Source of the DNA: Heterodontus francisci | Taxonomy: Eukaryota | NCBI RefSeq assembly: GCF_036365525.1 | Contig: NC_090380.1 | Coordinates: 51,307,331-51,371,330, forward strand | Length of the DNA stretch: 64,000 nt | Direction: 5' to 3' | Shown here: one piece after another, positions 26,011 to 38,699 of the stretch | How the letters are laid out: each line of letters starts with the position of its first letter | Position numbering within the stretch: position 1 is the stretch's first letter | Made by a program: the position numbers and the translations under genes | The notes under the pieces: model-generated | The model's database searches: none | The model's input: the letters and a program-made list of their open reading frames with translations, nothing else | What the model was told of the DNA's origin: nothing

Positions 26011-26777
26011 TAGACTCCCATCTCAGTGAAGCAACTATCCCAGAGAGGCCAACTTCCAGAAACATTCTCATCCAAAGGCAAAGTTTCCTGCGTCCAGGTG
26101 TGAAGCTCTCTCATGTGTAGGCATTGGAGGGTATCTAAGGATGCAGCTTCCGTGTTACTTTTAGCATCTGTGCTCCCTCCTTGTAGCCCACTGATGCTGG
26201 GCACAGGCTCAAAGGTGCTACTGGTTGGTGTCATTACAGGCCAAATAACCTCAATCAGGTGTTGGAACCATGTGGTTGATCCTCAAGCCATTCATTGAAG
26301 AAGTGGTAACTGCCACTCTGGAAGCCACTATTATTCATAGTATCCTCTTGTTGGAACCTTGGGCTACAAAAATCACTTAAACTGTCAACTGGGTGTTCTA
26401 TAGGTGTAGCTTTACTGCAATATGTTGAATTGTGGACTCCATCCAATTGACAATCATCTCAAGCAAATACATGGAAACCATCTTGCTTCCTTCACATCAA
26501 ACCAATGCTCCTTAATCATAGCACTTTTAAAGACCAATCAGCCATAATCTAATTGAATGGCAAAACAGGTTCCAAGGGGTAGCTGGCCTACTCTCTTCCT
26601 ATGTTCCATTCAGGAAGTGTTCTGGAGATCATCAGAATGGTTTGCCTCTTCCTGTGAGACAGCCCCTATAATGTAAAGCATACAAGAGCTTATTTTAGTG
26701 TGATGTTACTAACATTCACCTTAAAGGAATAATGGCTGGGCATTAAGGCATTCCAAAACTCGGAGAAAGCACATAAT

Positions 26778-28582
26778 GGGCAGAATTTAACGCAGCCATC
26801 GAGGGTGGGTATGGTGGCGTGGAGGGATGGAGAATTGCAATGCAACCATCCACCCATAAACCCGGTATCGTGACCTTGGTTCCAGATTTTGTCAGTGGCA
26901 GGAAAGCACAATGATGGCATTGCCGTCACAACACGGTGGGAACCTATTTTAAATTGTCATGCATTAAAACATAATTAAAAATAATTTAATAATCGGTGAG
27001 TGATTCTGTAAACAACAGGTAACACTAACTAGCCTCCGGATTCACGACTGGTAAAACCTGGCAGTACCTAGGTGAGAGGTCACATTGTCACAACGGGTAA
27101 GCAGCCTTGAGCATTGTTGCACAGGGGAAGAGAGGGGATTATAGGCCATTGTGGGACTGTGTTGCTGCGGGTTCTGCAAGGGAATCCAGGGTTCTGGGGT
27201 TTCTGCGAGAGGGTCCTGGGTCCTGAGGCTTTGCAAGTGGCTCTGGGGCCCTATGAGCTCTGCAAGGGGGTCCGGGGTCCTGAGGGCTCTGCAAGAAGGT
27301 CTGGGGTCCTGAGGCTTTGCAAGGGGGTCCAGGGTCCTGGGTCTCTGCAAGGGGTCTAAGTGTGGGTGTGGGATTGGGGTCAGTATAGGGATGGCCTACT
27401 GCTGCATTATGGGTCTGTTTCCTCACATTGCTGAAATAGATGGTGGGCCATTGAGGTCCATCAGTAACTGCATCAACAGAATTGTCACATTCTCAAGTGC
27501 CAAGGCAGGAGGCCTGGGGGGTTAAGCAAGGCACGGGGGAGGCCGTAGACAACCTTATAATGACTCATTTGCAGCCATCTTGGTGTCCATTCATATAAAG
27601 TGAAATAAAGCTCACCTTAATGCATAACCCTGTCACCCCCATCCCATTAGTCATCCCTGTCTTGCGAGTGGCTGCAATGAAAACTAGTGACCATGGGAGA
27701 ACACATGTTAACAGGGCTGTCATCACATTGGAATGTTAATAAGGGCTGTGGTCACATTGGTATTGCCCTAAGGGGGAAGGGGGAAGTCAGTAACTCACAG
27801 TTAAGGCATAGTGGCACATGGCTTTCAGACAAGAAGAATAATGATGTGAACAAAGGATCTTTTAATTATTTACCACAAAGCATATATGTGGCCCCCTTGA
27901 GACCGAATATGTGGCTATGTGCTTATCTTAATATGTTTGCAGACGCACCTACGCGGTGTGACATGCAATGTCCAGAAAGGCGACTGGTATGGAGCACTCA
28001 GCTTGGTAGAACACAGTAGGTCATTGACCCTCGTCCTGCACTGGACTCAGTTGTGCTGAGTGACCCCACGGATGCCAATCTCCTCTGCGATCTCCACCCA
28101 GGCTTGCTTACTGAGGCGGGAGGCCCTCTTCTTGCCATCGCAGGGTAAGGAAACCTCCCACCTTTCCCTTGAAGCCTGGATGAGAATCTGCAGGGAGGCA
28201 TCACTGAACCATGGGGCCACCCTGTGTCTTGCCTCGGCCATCGTCGTCAGCCCTCCTTCAGAGGTGTTGGGGATATAGGAACCAGTCAGGCAGAATTGTA
28301 GGCTGCACAAAGCTGACAATTAATCCAAGGCAGGAGTGAATGCAGGGCTGGCAAGCTTTTAAATATGGTGCCCACACCTGCTGCGGAGTCATCGGAGGCT
28401 GTAATCAACAACTCACCTCCCGCTCCCAACACATGATTTGGGGGGGGGGGGCGGGGGGGGGTCCCGCACCACCCCTATGCAAAGGCCACCCGCTGCGTAA
28501 TTGTGGTGGGGTGGCTGCCCATGTGAGGAACGTGAACGACACCCTTTTCCAGGACCACCGACAGCCTCATTAAATTCAGCTC
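26778..28582 (-). mobile_element. Harbinger derivative with Myb exon remnant
   Basis: TIR-like GGGCAGAATTTAA / TTAAATTCAGCTC. ORF 28047..28319 reads VAPWFSDASLQILIQA...AWVEIAEEI. Confidence 0.7.
27168..27357 (+). repeat. GC-rich minisatellite, ~29-bp unit, about 6-7 copies
   Basis: Recurring GGGTCCTGAGGCT(C/T)TGCAAGGGGGTCY unit. Confidence 0.8.
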
Positions 28583-28829
28583 AATGTTGCCATAACCTTC
28601 GATGAGCTTTTACCAGCCTTCTATTGTCACCTCACCTCCAATATCTGCTTTTCTGTAATCTCTGCTATCTGCCCATGATTTCTAGAGCAACAAACTCATG
28701 TGAATTGAGGTTTTTCAACATAAATGCTCCTCTTCCGGTTGCATTTCTCTGGCATGGCTGCTTATGAGCAAGCTTTTCCTTTGAAACAAGAGGAGAGGTA
28801 AAGGGATAAAAGGTGGCAGGGATACTTAC

Positions 28830-28922
28830 CTCATGCGAGTGCATGCATTCCATGATGATAGTTCCATTTTGAAAATAATACCACTTGTAGTACCTGTCAT
28901 CCATCTTTCAAGATGAATTGAG
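28830..28922 (-). other. Candidate 93-nt exon of an unidentified transcript
   Basis: Acceptor ttttctttatgttacAG and donor GAG|GTAAGT. One frame is open (SIHLERWMTGTTSGIIFKMELSSWNACTRM). No protein recognised. Confidence 0.3.
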
Positions 28923-29388
28923 CTGTAACATAAAGAAAATAACTAAATAAATTATGATTGTCATTATCAATTTGAAATATTATGTAAAGAAGTGATTGAA
29001 TCACTCAGAAAACCATTACCTCAGGGAAACAAATTGTCCAGTAACTGGTTTAGCAAAATTAACTGCAGCTAATGTTGGTAATTACATTGTTTATTAATAG
29101 CTATAAAGTCTATTTGCTTATGAGTTACCAATTCAGTGCTGTTATATTAACTGCTAGTGTGTAAATATATTGAAGGCTATGCATACAAAGAGGCAGAAAG
29201 TATAGCATTCTGATGTATGCCTCAAAGAAAGTTAAATTGAGTTTTACTCAACTCTCAATTTATGATAACATTGATGTTTAGGGATGGCTGGAACCCAAAC
29301 CACAAATGGATTAACATGAGGATCGCTTAAACACAAATCAAACTGGGACTTTTTGGAAGTGAAATTTAACTTTGGCAGTAGCACAAAT

Positions 29389-29482
29389 GGGTGACAGTGA
29401 ATTGGCAGCCAGTTTTACACCCAGCCCATCTCTTTTTCTATGGAAGGTGTGTGTAAAACAGGCTGCCGATTTGCTATCAGCC
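29389..29482. repeat. Palindromic (hairpin) MITE-like element
   Basis: Inverted arms gggtgacagtgaattggcagccagttttacac / gtgtaaaacaggctgccgatttgctatcagcc match at 26/32 by hand count. Confidence 0.65.
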
Positions 29483-30265
29483 ACCGCAATAGTTGAAACA
29501 TTTACGTTTCAAATTCAGAGTAACTGAATAGATAATTATGCAAATACCATAAATCAAAATTAACTGAAACCAAAATCCATATGTCCTCTGTATATTCGAA
29601 TTTTCACAGGTGAGCTAATATTCATACATGTTGGCAGTTAAAAACATTCCAACTAATTGATATCAGAATTCTTTGGATGTGGCATTGCTGCTGTAAAAAT
29701 TCTTCTGAGAAAATAGCACAATGCACACATGGCATGGATAGTATTATTCAGGCTCACCTCTTCATTGTTAGGTTAGAATTAGTGTGAAAATTTAGAACAT
29801 ATTTAAATTATTATTGTGATTGTTAGAGTTATACTGTTGTTACATCTGGGCTGTTTCTTCATTGTTATGTGAACATCAGAGAAAGGAAACTATCTATACT
29901 ATTTGAGTAATGGTTGCTGTAACACTGTAGTACTGGGCACATTGTTAAAATAGAAAGGAGCTGAACAAGTTAACCAATTATACTTTTATGAGTAATAACA
30001 TTTCAATGTTCAATATCTTCTGCACTCAGCCATAGTTAATTAAGAAAAATATAACTATATTGGTATAATCATGGGCAAAATAATTGTGTCCCTGGATAAT
30101 TCTATTGTAATATTGTAATGGGTACTTTACTCTACGTGTTAAACAAAGGTCAGATGATATATTTAATTTTGATAACTGTCACATATGTTTGATTTCCTTT
30201 AATTTTTTATGAATGATTATTTCTACAGGTAAATTATTATGTTTAATCTAACTCAAATGTCAGTT

Positions 30266-30786
30266 CACAGAATCACAGAATCGCTACAGTGCAGAAGGCC
30301 ATTCAGCCCATCATGTCCGCATTGGCTCTCTGAAAGAGCAATTCCCTCAGTTCCATTCCCCTGCCTTCTCCCCATAACCCTGCACATTCTTCCTTTTCAT
30401 ATATAAAAACAAGAAATGCTGGAACCACTCAGCAGGTCTGGCAGCATCTGTGAAAAGAGAAGCAGAGTTAACGTTTCGGGTCAGTGACCCTTCTTCGGTT
30501 CTAACCGAAGTTCTAACTTTTCTAATCTATCTTCATAACTGAAATTCCTCACCCCTGGAACTATACTCGTGAATCTTTTCTGTACTCTCTCCAATACCCT
30601 CAAATCTTTCCTAAAGTCCGGCGCCCAGAACTGGATGCAATACTCCAGCTGAGGCTGAACTAGTGTCTTATACCAGTTCAACATAACTTCCTTGCTCTTG
30701 TACTCTATACCTTATTAATAAAGCCCAGGACACTGTATGCTTTATTAGCCACTCTCTCAACCTGTCCTGCCACCTTCAATGACTTA
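30266..30786 (-). mobile_element. CR1 LINE 3' fragment (interrupted by a Penelope terminal repeat)
   Basis: MLNWYKTLVQPQLEYCIQFWAPDFRKD and (CACAGAAT)n tail at ~30266. Confidence 0.85.
30404..30510 (-). mobile_element. Short Penelope terminal-repeat insertion with hammerhead motif
   Basis: Near-identical to 18931-19024. Ends in the inverted duplication CTTCGGTT-CT-AACCGAAG. Confidence 0.8.
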
Positions 30787-31329
30787 GTTGGTGGCGTGCG
30801 AGGTGATATAATTATGTGGGAGGTGTTTTGTCGGATGCCCAACAGTGGGATATTTCAGAGGAATTAATTTGGTGGCGGGTTTGTGGTGTTCCGGGGTGAA
30901 GTATATTTTATTTGCCAAATAAATTACTTAAATTGCATGGACATTTTTTGCTTATTTGAATGATTTCTAACTCTGGGAGCATTTTTTCAAAAATAAAATC
31001 CTTTATTTTCCTGACGAATCTCACATTTTGTCCCTCCTCCAAGTTTTTACCACTCTGACCTAACATGACAGAAGCAGCTGAGAGGGTGACAGCATTACTA
31101 TAAACATAAATCTGCTGTGCCAGAGTACATTGTAATCCGCAGGAAAACAGAATCAGAATTTCCCCAAAGTGAGATGTACCACCTATGCCGTGATTTATTT
31201 AAAAAATGGAAAACTAAACAAGGCACTAGCAAGAGGGGATGATTACTGAGAGAAGCCTTAATGGGTCTGAGTTGTTAAATAAATGTAGCTGAACTCAAAA
31301 TCAATGCTAGTTACCTGTGGAGATTGGGA

Positions 31330-31516
31330 AATACAAAGGAGTGAATGCCAAAAATCAGATTGACAAGCTTGGTAGGAAATTGGATGGGCACTTGAAGGAA
31401 ATAAACTTGTGAGGGGGAGTGGGTCTGACTGGATTGCTCCGTGGAGAGCTGGCATGGACATGATGGGCCGAATGGCCTCCTTCTATGCCATAAATGACTA
31501 TGACTTTATGACTCTA
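31330..31516 (+). mobile_element. CR1 3' UTR fragment
   Basis: gatgggccgaatggcctccttct motif and (GACTCTAT)-like tail. Confidence 0.7.
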
Positions 31517-31799
31517 TCTTCCTGCTTCTCATTTTAATTCTCGGTGCCCTGTAAGATCGCATCTGCACTCTTTCTCCCTCAAGGGGCTGGAAGTGGTGGA
31601 CTAAACTGCATCCATTGAGCTCCTCAGCCTCGCCACTATGTAATGTGCACCTGGGCGACGGACAGCCAAATGAAGGATGCGACAGCAGGGCTGATTCAAG
31701 GTGAAGCTTTTTTCGATTCTTTCTGAAAGGGCATGAGAGTCAGAGGAAATGGCTCTGTATGAGGGGCATCCCAAACCTCCCTTGTGCATATCTCATTGC

Positions 31800-32460
31800 A
31801 TCTTGTTTGTGGTCCAAGGGGTCCCTCATCTTGCATCGAATGATCAGCTGGCTCCTCCACATCCTTATCGTTGGAGGAGACATCGCAATCACCGATGTCC
31901 TTATTGTTCAACGCTTCTCCATCTGCAGTGCTAGGTGGTGCAATGCACAGCAGATCACCATGATATGCGAGGCCCTTGCTGGGGTATACTGAAGGGTATA
32001 CAAATCGATCAAGGCACATGAATCACATTTTCAGAAGTCCAATAGCTGGCTCAATGGGGGTTGCTTGGGTCGATCTGTGGTAGGTGTTGTACCTCTCCTC
32101 TCCATCTGTGTATGGGTTCGTCAGAGAGATGAGTAGCCATGTCTTTACTGTGTAGATCTTGTCTCCCAGAATCCATTCAAAGGCATGCAGGGGTCTGGTA
32201 AAGCTATGGCACCTGGGGCTGACAAAGTATGTCGGTGCCATGGCTGCTTCCTGGGAACCTTGCACACACCTGCAGGATCCTCTTTCAAGGTCACAGCCCC
32301 GTTGAACATTGAATGAGTGGAAACACACAGTAGCGTCTGTGCAGTCATTAGTGCACTGCACAATCAGAATGCTTGCTATACTGACAAATCCACATGCCCT
32401 TTTATCCTGCTGTTCCATCCTCAAGGAGAAGAGGATGAAGTCCTCGCTTGTCTTTTTCAT
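31800..32460 (-). pseudogene. Harbinger transposase remnant
   Basis: WILGDKIYTVKTWLL..EERYNTYHRSTQ..IEPAIGLLKM*FMCLDR. Confidence 0.8.
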
Positions 32461-32787
32461 CGATGCATCCCAGGGAATAGCTTTTCTGCCCAGCTGTGCA
32501 AAGCTTGGAGGTGGTTGCATCCTGTGAAGCAGACTCTCCCCTGCTGTTCCTGCCATCACCATCTGCTCCTACTCACTTGTGAAGAGTTAATTGTATTTAA
32601 TTGTATGCGGGTGGTGGGCATTAACTGGTAATTCTCTTGAATCCCTATAAATAGACACAAACTGAAACTGTCACTGTTGGCTTATGAGGTGTATGCTTGG
32701 GATGTGTAACTCTATAAATAAATGTAAACGTGTATAAATATTGGCTCCAGTTCTATCCTTCACCAACTGGCTTTCTGGAATAAAACA

Positions 32788-32805
32788 TGGTAGTACAGGA
32801 TAGTT
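32788..32805 (+). promoter_or_regulatory. Primer-binding site, tRNA-iMet type
   Basis: TGGTAGTACAGGATAGTT vs TGGTAGCAGAGGATGGTT (the iMet 3'-end complement), directly after the LTR CA end. Confidence 0.75.
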
Positions 32806-32873
32806 GTTTAAAGGTGAAGATTGGAAGCTAAAAATAAAACAGCAAATGTCAATTCCAGTAGCCATTGTGAAAA

Positions 32874-33296
32874 ATGGCAGAAAGCAAGTGTAAATTGTTG
32901 GGGTATCCTCACCTCAAATGTTCTCGGAGTCTGAACCATAAGAAGAGTGGAGGAATGAATTGGTTTTGTGAACATGGGTTATGTCCCTACCAAAGAGGAA
33001 ACAAGGGATAACGTTGGCATTGTCACTTCCTAAAAGATGTAAATTCAGAAGTAAAGTATTTTGTGAGATGGATGTCCACCCGTTGGATAGTGATGAGTTT
33101 GGGCATTCTATTAGAGTTCGTGGATGAAATTTACAAGAAAGGTGATCTGTTAAGTGCCAATGACACATGGTTGGGCTTTGATTGATTTCAGAAAAATAGA
33201 TGATCATTCCATGGAAGAATATATCATGGACATCAACAGATTGTGTAATAAATTGAGGAAATTCAACTCGGGGATCTCTGGATTTGTATTAATGTT
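32874..33296 (+). pseudogene. Copia gag remnant (continues at ~36620-36940)
   Basis: DHSMEEYIMDINRLCNKLRKF..VL, resuming after the CR1 as FKLLNCAVSHMDRLLVLTGVQF. Confidence 0.65.
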
Positions 33297-33297
33297 T

Positions 33298-36200
33298 AGA
33301 GAATCACAAAATTACAGAATTGTAACAGTGCAGAAGGAGGCCATTTGGCCCATCGTGTCTGCACCGGCTCTCCAAAAGAGCAATTTAATCAGTTTCATTC
33401 CTGCGCCTGCTCCCCGTAACCCTACACATCCTCCCTTTTCATATAACAGTCTAATTCCCTTTTGAATGCTTCAATTGAACCTGCCTCCACCACTCTCAGG
33501 CAATGCATTCCAGAACTTAACCACTCTCTGCATAAAGAAGCTTTTCCTCATGTCACTTTTGCTTCTCTTACCAAATACTTTAAATCTGTGCCCTCTCGTT
33601 CTTGATCCTTTCACAAGTGGGAACAGTTTCTCTCTATCTACTCTGTCCAGACCCCTCATGATTTTGAATACCTCCATCAAATCACCTCTCAGTCTTCTCT
33701 TCTCCAAGGAAAACAGCCCTAACTTCTCCAATCTATCTTCATAACTGAAAATCCTCATCCCTGGAATCATTCTTATGACTCTTTTCTGTATTTTCTCCAA
33801 TGCCCTCATATCTTTCCTGAAGTGCGGCAGCCAGAATTGGACGCAATACTCCAGCTGAGGCCGAACTAGTGTCTGATACAAGTTCAACATAACTTCCTTA
33901 CTTTTGTACTCTATGCCCCTATTAATAAAGCCCAGGATATTGTATGCTTTATTAACCACTCTCTCAACATTCCCTGCCATCTTTAATGACTTATGCACAT
34001 ATACACCTAGGTCCCTCTGCTCCTGCACCCCCTTTAGAATTGTACCCTTTATTTTATCTTGTCTCTCCATGTTCTTCCTGCCAAAATGAATCACTTCACA
34101 TTTCTCTGCATTGAACTTCATCTGTCACCTGTCTGTCCAATCCACCAACTTGTCTATGTCCTTTTGGGGTTCGACACTATCCTCCTCACAGTTCACAATG
34201 CTTCCAAGTTTCGTATCATCTGAAAACTTTGAAATTGTGCCCTGTATACCAAGGTTTAGGTCATTAATATATATCAGGAAAAGCAAGGGTCCCAACACTA
34301 ATCCCTGGGGAACTCCACCACAAACCTTCCTCCAGCCCGAAAAACATCTAGTGACTACTGTCACTCAGCCAATTGCATACCCATGTTGCATTATTCCTTT
34401 TATTCCATGAGCTATAAGTTTGCTCACAAGTCTGTTGAGTGGCGCTGTATCTAACGCCTTTTGAAAGTCCATGTACACCACATCAACAGCATTGCCCTCA
34501 TCAATCCTCTCTGTTACCTCCTCAAAAAACTCCAGCAAGTTAGTTAAACATGATTTTCCTTTAAGAAATCCATTCTGGCTTTCCTTAATTAACCTGCATT
34601 TGTCCATGTGACTATTAATTTTGATCCGAATTATTTTTCTAGAGGTTTCCCCACCACTGAAGTTAAACTGACTGGCCTGTAGTTGCTGGGATAATCTTTA
34701 CACCCTTTTTTGAACAAGGGTGTAGCGTTTGCAATTCTCCAGTCCTCTGGCACAACCCCCGAGTCTAAGGAAGACTGAAAAATTATGGCCAGTGCCTCCA
34801 TGATTTCTGCCCTCACTTCGCTCAGTATCCTTCGATGCATCTCATCTAGTCCTGATGCTTTATCCACTTGAAGTACAGATAGCCTATCTAATACATCCTC
34901 TTTATCAATTTTCAACCCTTCTAGTATCTGAATTACCTGCTCTTTCACCTTTGCCTGGATTGCATCTTCCCATTGTTCAGCTATCAGTTTTCCTGCCAAC
35001 TTTTGACTCCAATTTATTCGCTCCAGCTCCATTCTTACCCTTTTGAAGTTGGCTTTCCCCCAGTTAATTATTCTTACTTTGGATTGTTCTTTGTCCTTTT
35101 CAATATTCAGCCTAAACCTTTTTTTTCCCTTTAAAGGTGGCCTTTATACCCCAGGCTCCTTTTATTTTTGTCGAGGAGACCTTTATTCCTCAGGCCAGCC
35201 TAAACCTAATGATACAATGATCACTGTCCCCTAAATGCTCTCCTACTGATACCTGATCCACTTGGCCCACCTCATTCCCAAGAACCAGGTCTAGCAGTGC
35301 CTCCTTTCTCGTTGGATTCGCAACATACTGCTGTAGAAAATTTTCCTGAACTCACTATAGGAACTCTTGCCCCTCACTGCCCTTTACACTACTACTATCC
35401 CAATCTATATTTGGATAATTAAAGTCCCCCATTATATCTACCCTATAATTTTTGAACCTCTCTGTAATTTCCTTCCAAATTTGTTCCTCCACGTCCTTGC
35501 CACTAGCTGGTGGCCTATAGACAACACCCAGCAATGTAACTGCACCTTTTTTGTTCCTTACCTCTAGCCAAATTGACTCTGTCCTTGACCCCTCTGGGAC
35601 ATCCTTTTTCTCCACAAATGCAATGCTCTCCTTAATCAATATTGCCATCCCTCCCCCTTTTTTCCCTTTCCTACCTTTCCTGAATACCTTGTATCAAGGA
35701 ATATTTAACACCAAGTCCTGCCCTTCTTTAAGTCAGATCTCTGTTATAGCCACAACTTCATATTTCCACATGGAATCTGTGTCTGTACCTCACCAATCTT
35801 ATTAACCACACTCCGTGTTGTCACATACAGGCACATTAACCCTGATTTAGACTTCATTACTTTCTCCCTTACTCTAACCCCACCTAATAACTTGCTATTC
35901 CCTACCCTAGTGCTATCTATCTCCCATAGTATTCTCTGCACCTTAGTATTCCTCTCTGATATTTGCTCCTAGTTCCCTCACCCTTGACAAGTTACTAGTT
36001 TTGCTTCCCTCTGATCTGAGCTCCCTCTCAGGTTCTCATCCCCCTGACAATCTAGTTTAAACCCTCCCCAACAGCACTAGCAAATCTACCTGCAAGGATA
36101 TTAATCCCAGTCTTGCTAACATGCAACCATCCATCTTGTACAGGTCTCACCTGCCCCAGAACTGGTCCCAATGCATCAGAAATCTGATGCCCTCCCTCCG

Positions 36201-36620
36201 ACACCAGTTCTCCAGCCACATGTTTAATTGCTTAATTCTCCTATTCCTAAACTCACTTGCACTTGGCACTGGGAGTAATCCTGAGATTACTGCTTTTGAG
36301 GTCCTGCTTTTTAATCTCCTTCCTAACTCCCTAAAATCTGCTTTCAGGACCCCATCCCCCTTCCTACCTATGTCATTGGTGCCAATGTGGACCACGTCAT
36401 CTGGCTGTTCACCCTCCCCCAGAAGAATAAACTATAGTCGTTCCGTGACATCTTTGACCCTGGCACCAAGGACGCACACACCATCCTGGAGACATGTCTA
36501 TGGCTGCAGAAATGCCTGTCTGATCCCCTGACTATTGAATCCCCTATCACTATTGCTTTTCCACTCTTCTTCCTCTCCTCCTGTGCAGCTGAGCCACCTG
36601 TGATGCCACAAACCTGGCTC
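33298..36620 (-). mobile_element. Long CR1 LINE (ORF1 SGNH-esterase, APE endonuclease, RT, 3' tail), degenerate
   Basis: IGDSIVRG and VHIGTNDIG (ORF1 esterase); GVVYRPP and MGDFNYP (APE); YMDFQKA and KFSDDTK (RT); 216-aa C-terminal ORF 33471..34121. Confidence 0.93.
35120..35195 (-). mobile_element. 76-nt polyadenylated retro-insertion
   Basis: 12-bp TSD CAGCCTAAACCT (35108-35119 / 35196-35207). The minus strand ends in an A-run and carries two AATAAA. Confidence 0.75.
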
Positions 36621-36953
36621 TTTAAATTGCTGAATTGTGCTGTGTCTCATATGGACAGGCTTTTGGTTCTAACTGGTGTTCAGTTCTCAGACAGGGAGAT
36701 CTATTCGATCTGATGTCTTGAAAAAGTGCTGGGGCAAACAATCATTTCCTTCAGCCTTCGTGGAACAAACTGGACATTCTGCAGTGACACAAAGAATAGA
36801 GGGCTCAATGATTGCCAGATTTCAAAATGGTCTAAATACTGTTTGCAGGCATCAACACAATGCAAGGATTAAAGACAGGCAGAATAAGGATGAATTACCT
36901 TTAGCAGATCTGGCTATTACGGAAGAACACAGAACTGGAACAGCTGACCAACA

Positions 36954-38439
36954 CTTCTTCTTTGGCCTCCTAATCTCGAGAGACAATGGGTAAGCGTCTG
37001 GAGGTGGCCAGTGGTGTGTGGAGCAGCGCCTGGTGTGGCTATAAAGGCCAATTCTAGAGTGACAGGCTCTTCCACAGGTGCTGCAGAAAAATTTGCTTGT
37101 TGAGGCTGTTACACAGTTGGCTCTCCCCTTGCGCCTCTGTCTTTTTTCCTGCCAACTGCTAAGTCTCTTCGACTCGCCACACTTTAGCCCCGCCTTTATG
37201 GCTGCCCGCCAGCTCTGACGAACGCTGGCAACTGATTCCCACGACTTGTGATCAATGTCACAGGACTTCATGTCGCGTTTGCAGACGTCTTTAAAGTGGA
37301 GACGTGGATGGCCGGTGGGTCTGATACCAGTGGCGAGCTCGCTGTACAATGTGTCTTTGGGGATCCTGCCATCTTCCATGCGGCTCACATGGCCAAGCCA
37401 TCTCAAGCGCCGCTGACTCAGTAGTGTGTATAAGCTTGGGATGTTGGCCGCCTCGAGGACTTCTGTGTTGGAGATACGGTCCTGCCACCTGAAGCCAAGT
37501 ATTCTCCGGAGGCAGCAAAGATGGAATGAATTGAGACGTCGCTCTTGGCTGACATATGTTGTCCAGGCCTCGCTGCCATAGAGCAAGGTACTGAGGACAC
37601 AGGCTTGATACACTCGGACTTTTGTGTTCCGTGTCAGTGCGCTATTTTCCCACAGTCTCTTGGTCAGTCTGGACATAGCAGTGGAAGCCTTTCCCATGCG
37701 CTTGTTGATTTCTGCATCGAGAGACAGGTTACTGGTGATAGTTGAGCCTAGGCAGGTGAACTCTTGAACCACTTCCAGAGCGTGGTCGCCAATATTGATG
37801 GATGGAGCATTTCTGACGTCCTGCCCCATGATGTTCGTTTTCTTGAGGCTGATGGTTAGGCCAAATTCATTGCAGGAAGCCGCAAACCTGTCGATGAGAC
37901 TCTGCAGGCACTCTTCAGTGTGAGATGTTAAAGCAGCATCATCAGCAAAGAGGAGTTCCCTGACGAGGACTTTCCATACTTTGGACTTCGCTCTTAGATG
38001 GGCAAGGTTGAACAACCTGTCCCCTGATCTTGTGTGGAGGAAAATTCCTTCTTCAGAGGACTTGAACGCATGTGAAAGCAGCAGGGAGAAGAAAACCCCA
38101 AAAAGTGTGGGTGCGAGAACACAGCCCTGTTTCACGGCACTCAGGATAGGAAAGGGGTCTGATGAGGAGCCACCATGTTGAATTGTGCCTTTCATATTGT
38201 CATGGAATGAGGTGATGATACTTAGTAGCTTTGGTGGACATCCAATCTTTTCTAGTAATCTGAAGAGACCACGTCTGCTGACGAGGTCAAAGGCTTTGGT
38301 GAGATCAATGAAAGCAATGTAGAGGGGCATCTGTTGTTCACAGCATTTCTCCTGTATCTGGCGAAGGGAAAACAGCATGTCAACGGTCGATCTCTCTGCA
38401 CGAAAGCCACACTGTGCCTCAGGGTAGATGTGCTCAGCA
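36954..38439 (-). mobile_element. 5'-truncated RTE-clade LINE with an uninterrupted RT reading frame
   Basis: ORF 36852..38447 has QCGFR, FIDLTKAFD, KQGCVLAP, LFADD and CSTCGRAC..HTRRC. (GAA)n tail. 7-bp TSD ACCAACA. Confidence 0.95.
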
Positions 38440-38699
38440 ACCAACAACCACCCATTTATACTAACCCTGCAGTAATCCCATATTCCTTACCACCTACCTA
38501 CACTAGGGGCAATTTATAATGGCCAATTTACCTATCAACCTGCAAGTCTTTGGCTGTGGGAGGAAACCAGAGCACCCGGCGAAAACCCACGCGATCACAG
38601 GGCGAACTTGCAAACTCCGCACAGGCAGTACCCAGAATCAAACCCGGGTCCCTCGAGCTGTGAGGCTGCGGTTCTAACCACTGTGCCACTGTGCCGCCC
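38440..38699 (-). mobile_element. HE1-like tRNA-derived V-SINE, tail lost
   Basis: Minus strand has head GGGCGGCACAGTGGCACAGTGG, B-box-like GGTTTGATTC and V-domain gtgggttttcgccgggtgctctggtttcctccc. Homologous to 47539-47900. Confidence 0.85.

Noticed and set aside
27168-27357. CRISPR-like array
   Set aside because: Degenerate tandem units with no unique spacers, eukaryotic context and no cas genes.
36852-38699. SINE-RTE chimeric element, or a 531-aa host gene
   Set aside because: A 7-bp TSD (ACCAACA) flanks the RTE alone, so it inserted into a pre-existing SINE. The ORF start comes from flanking sequence and its C-terminal extension from a lost stop codon.
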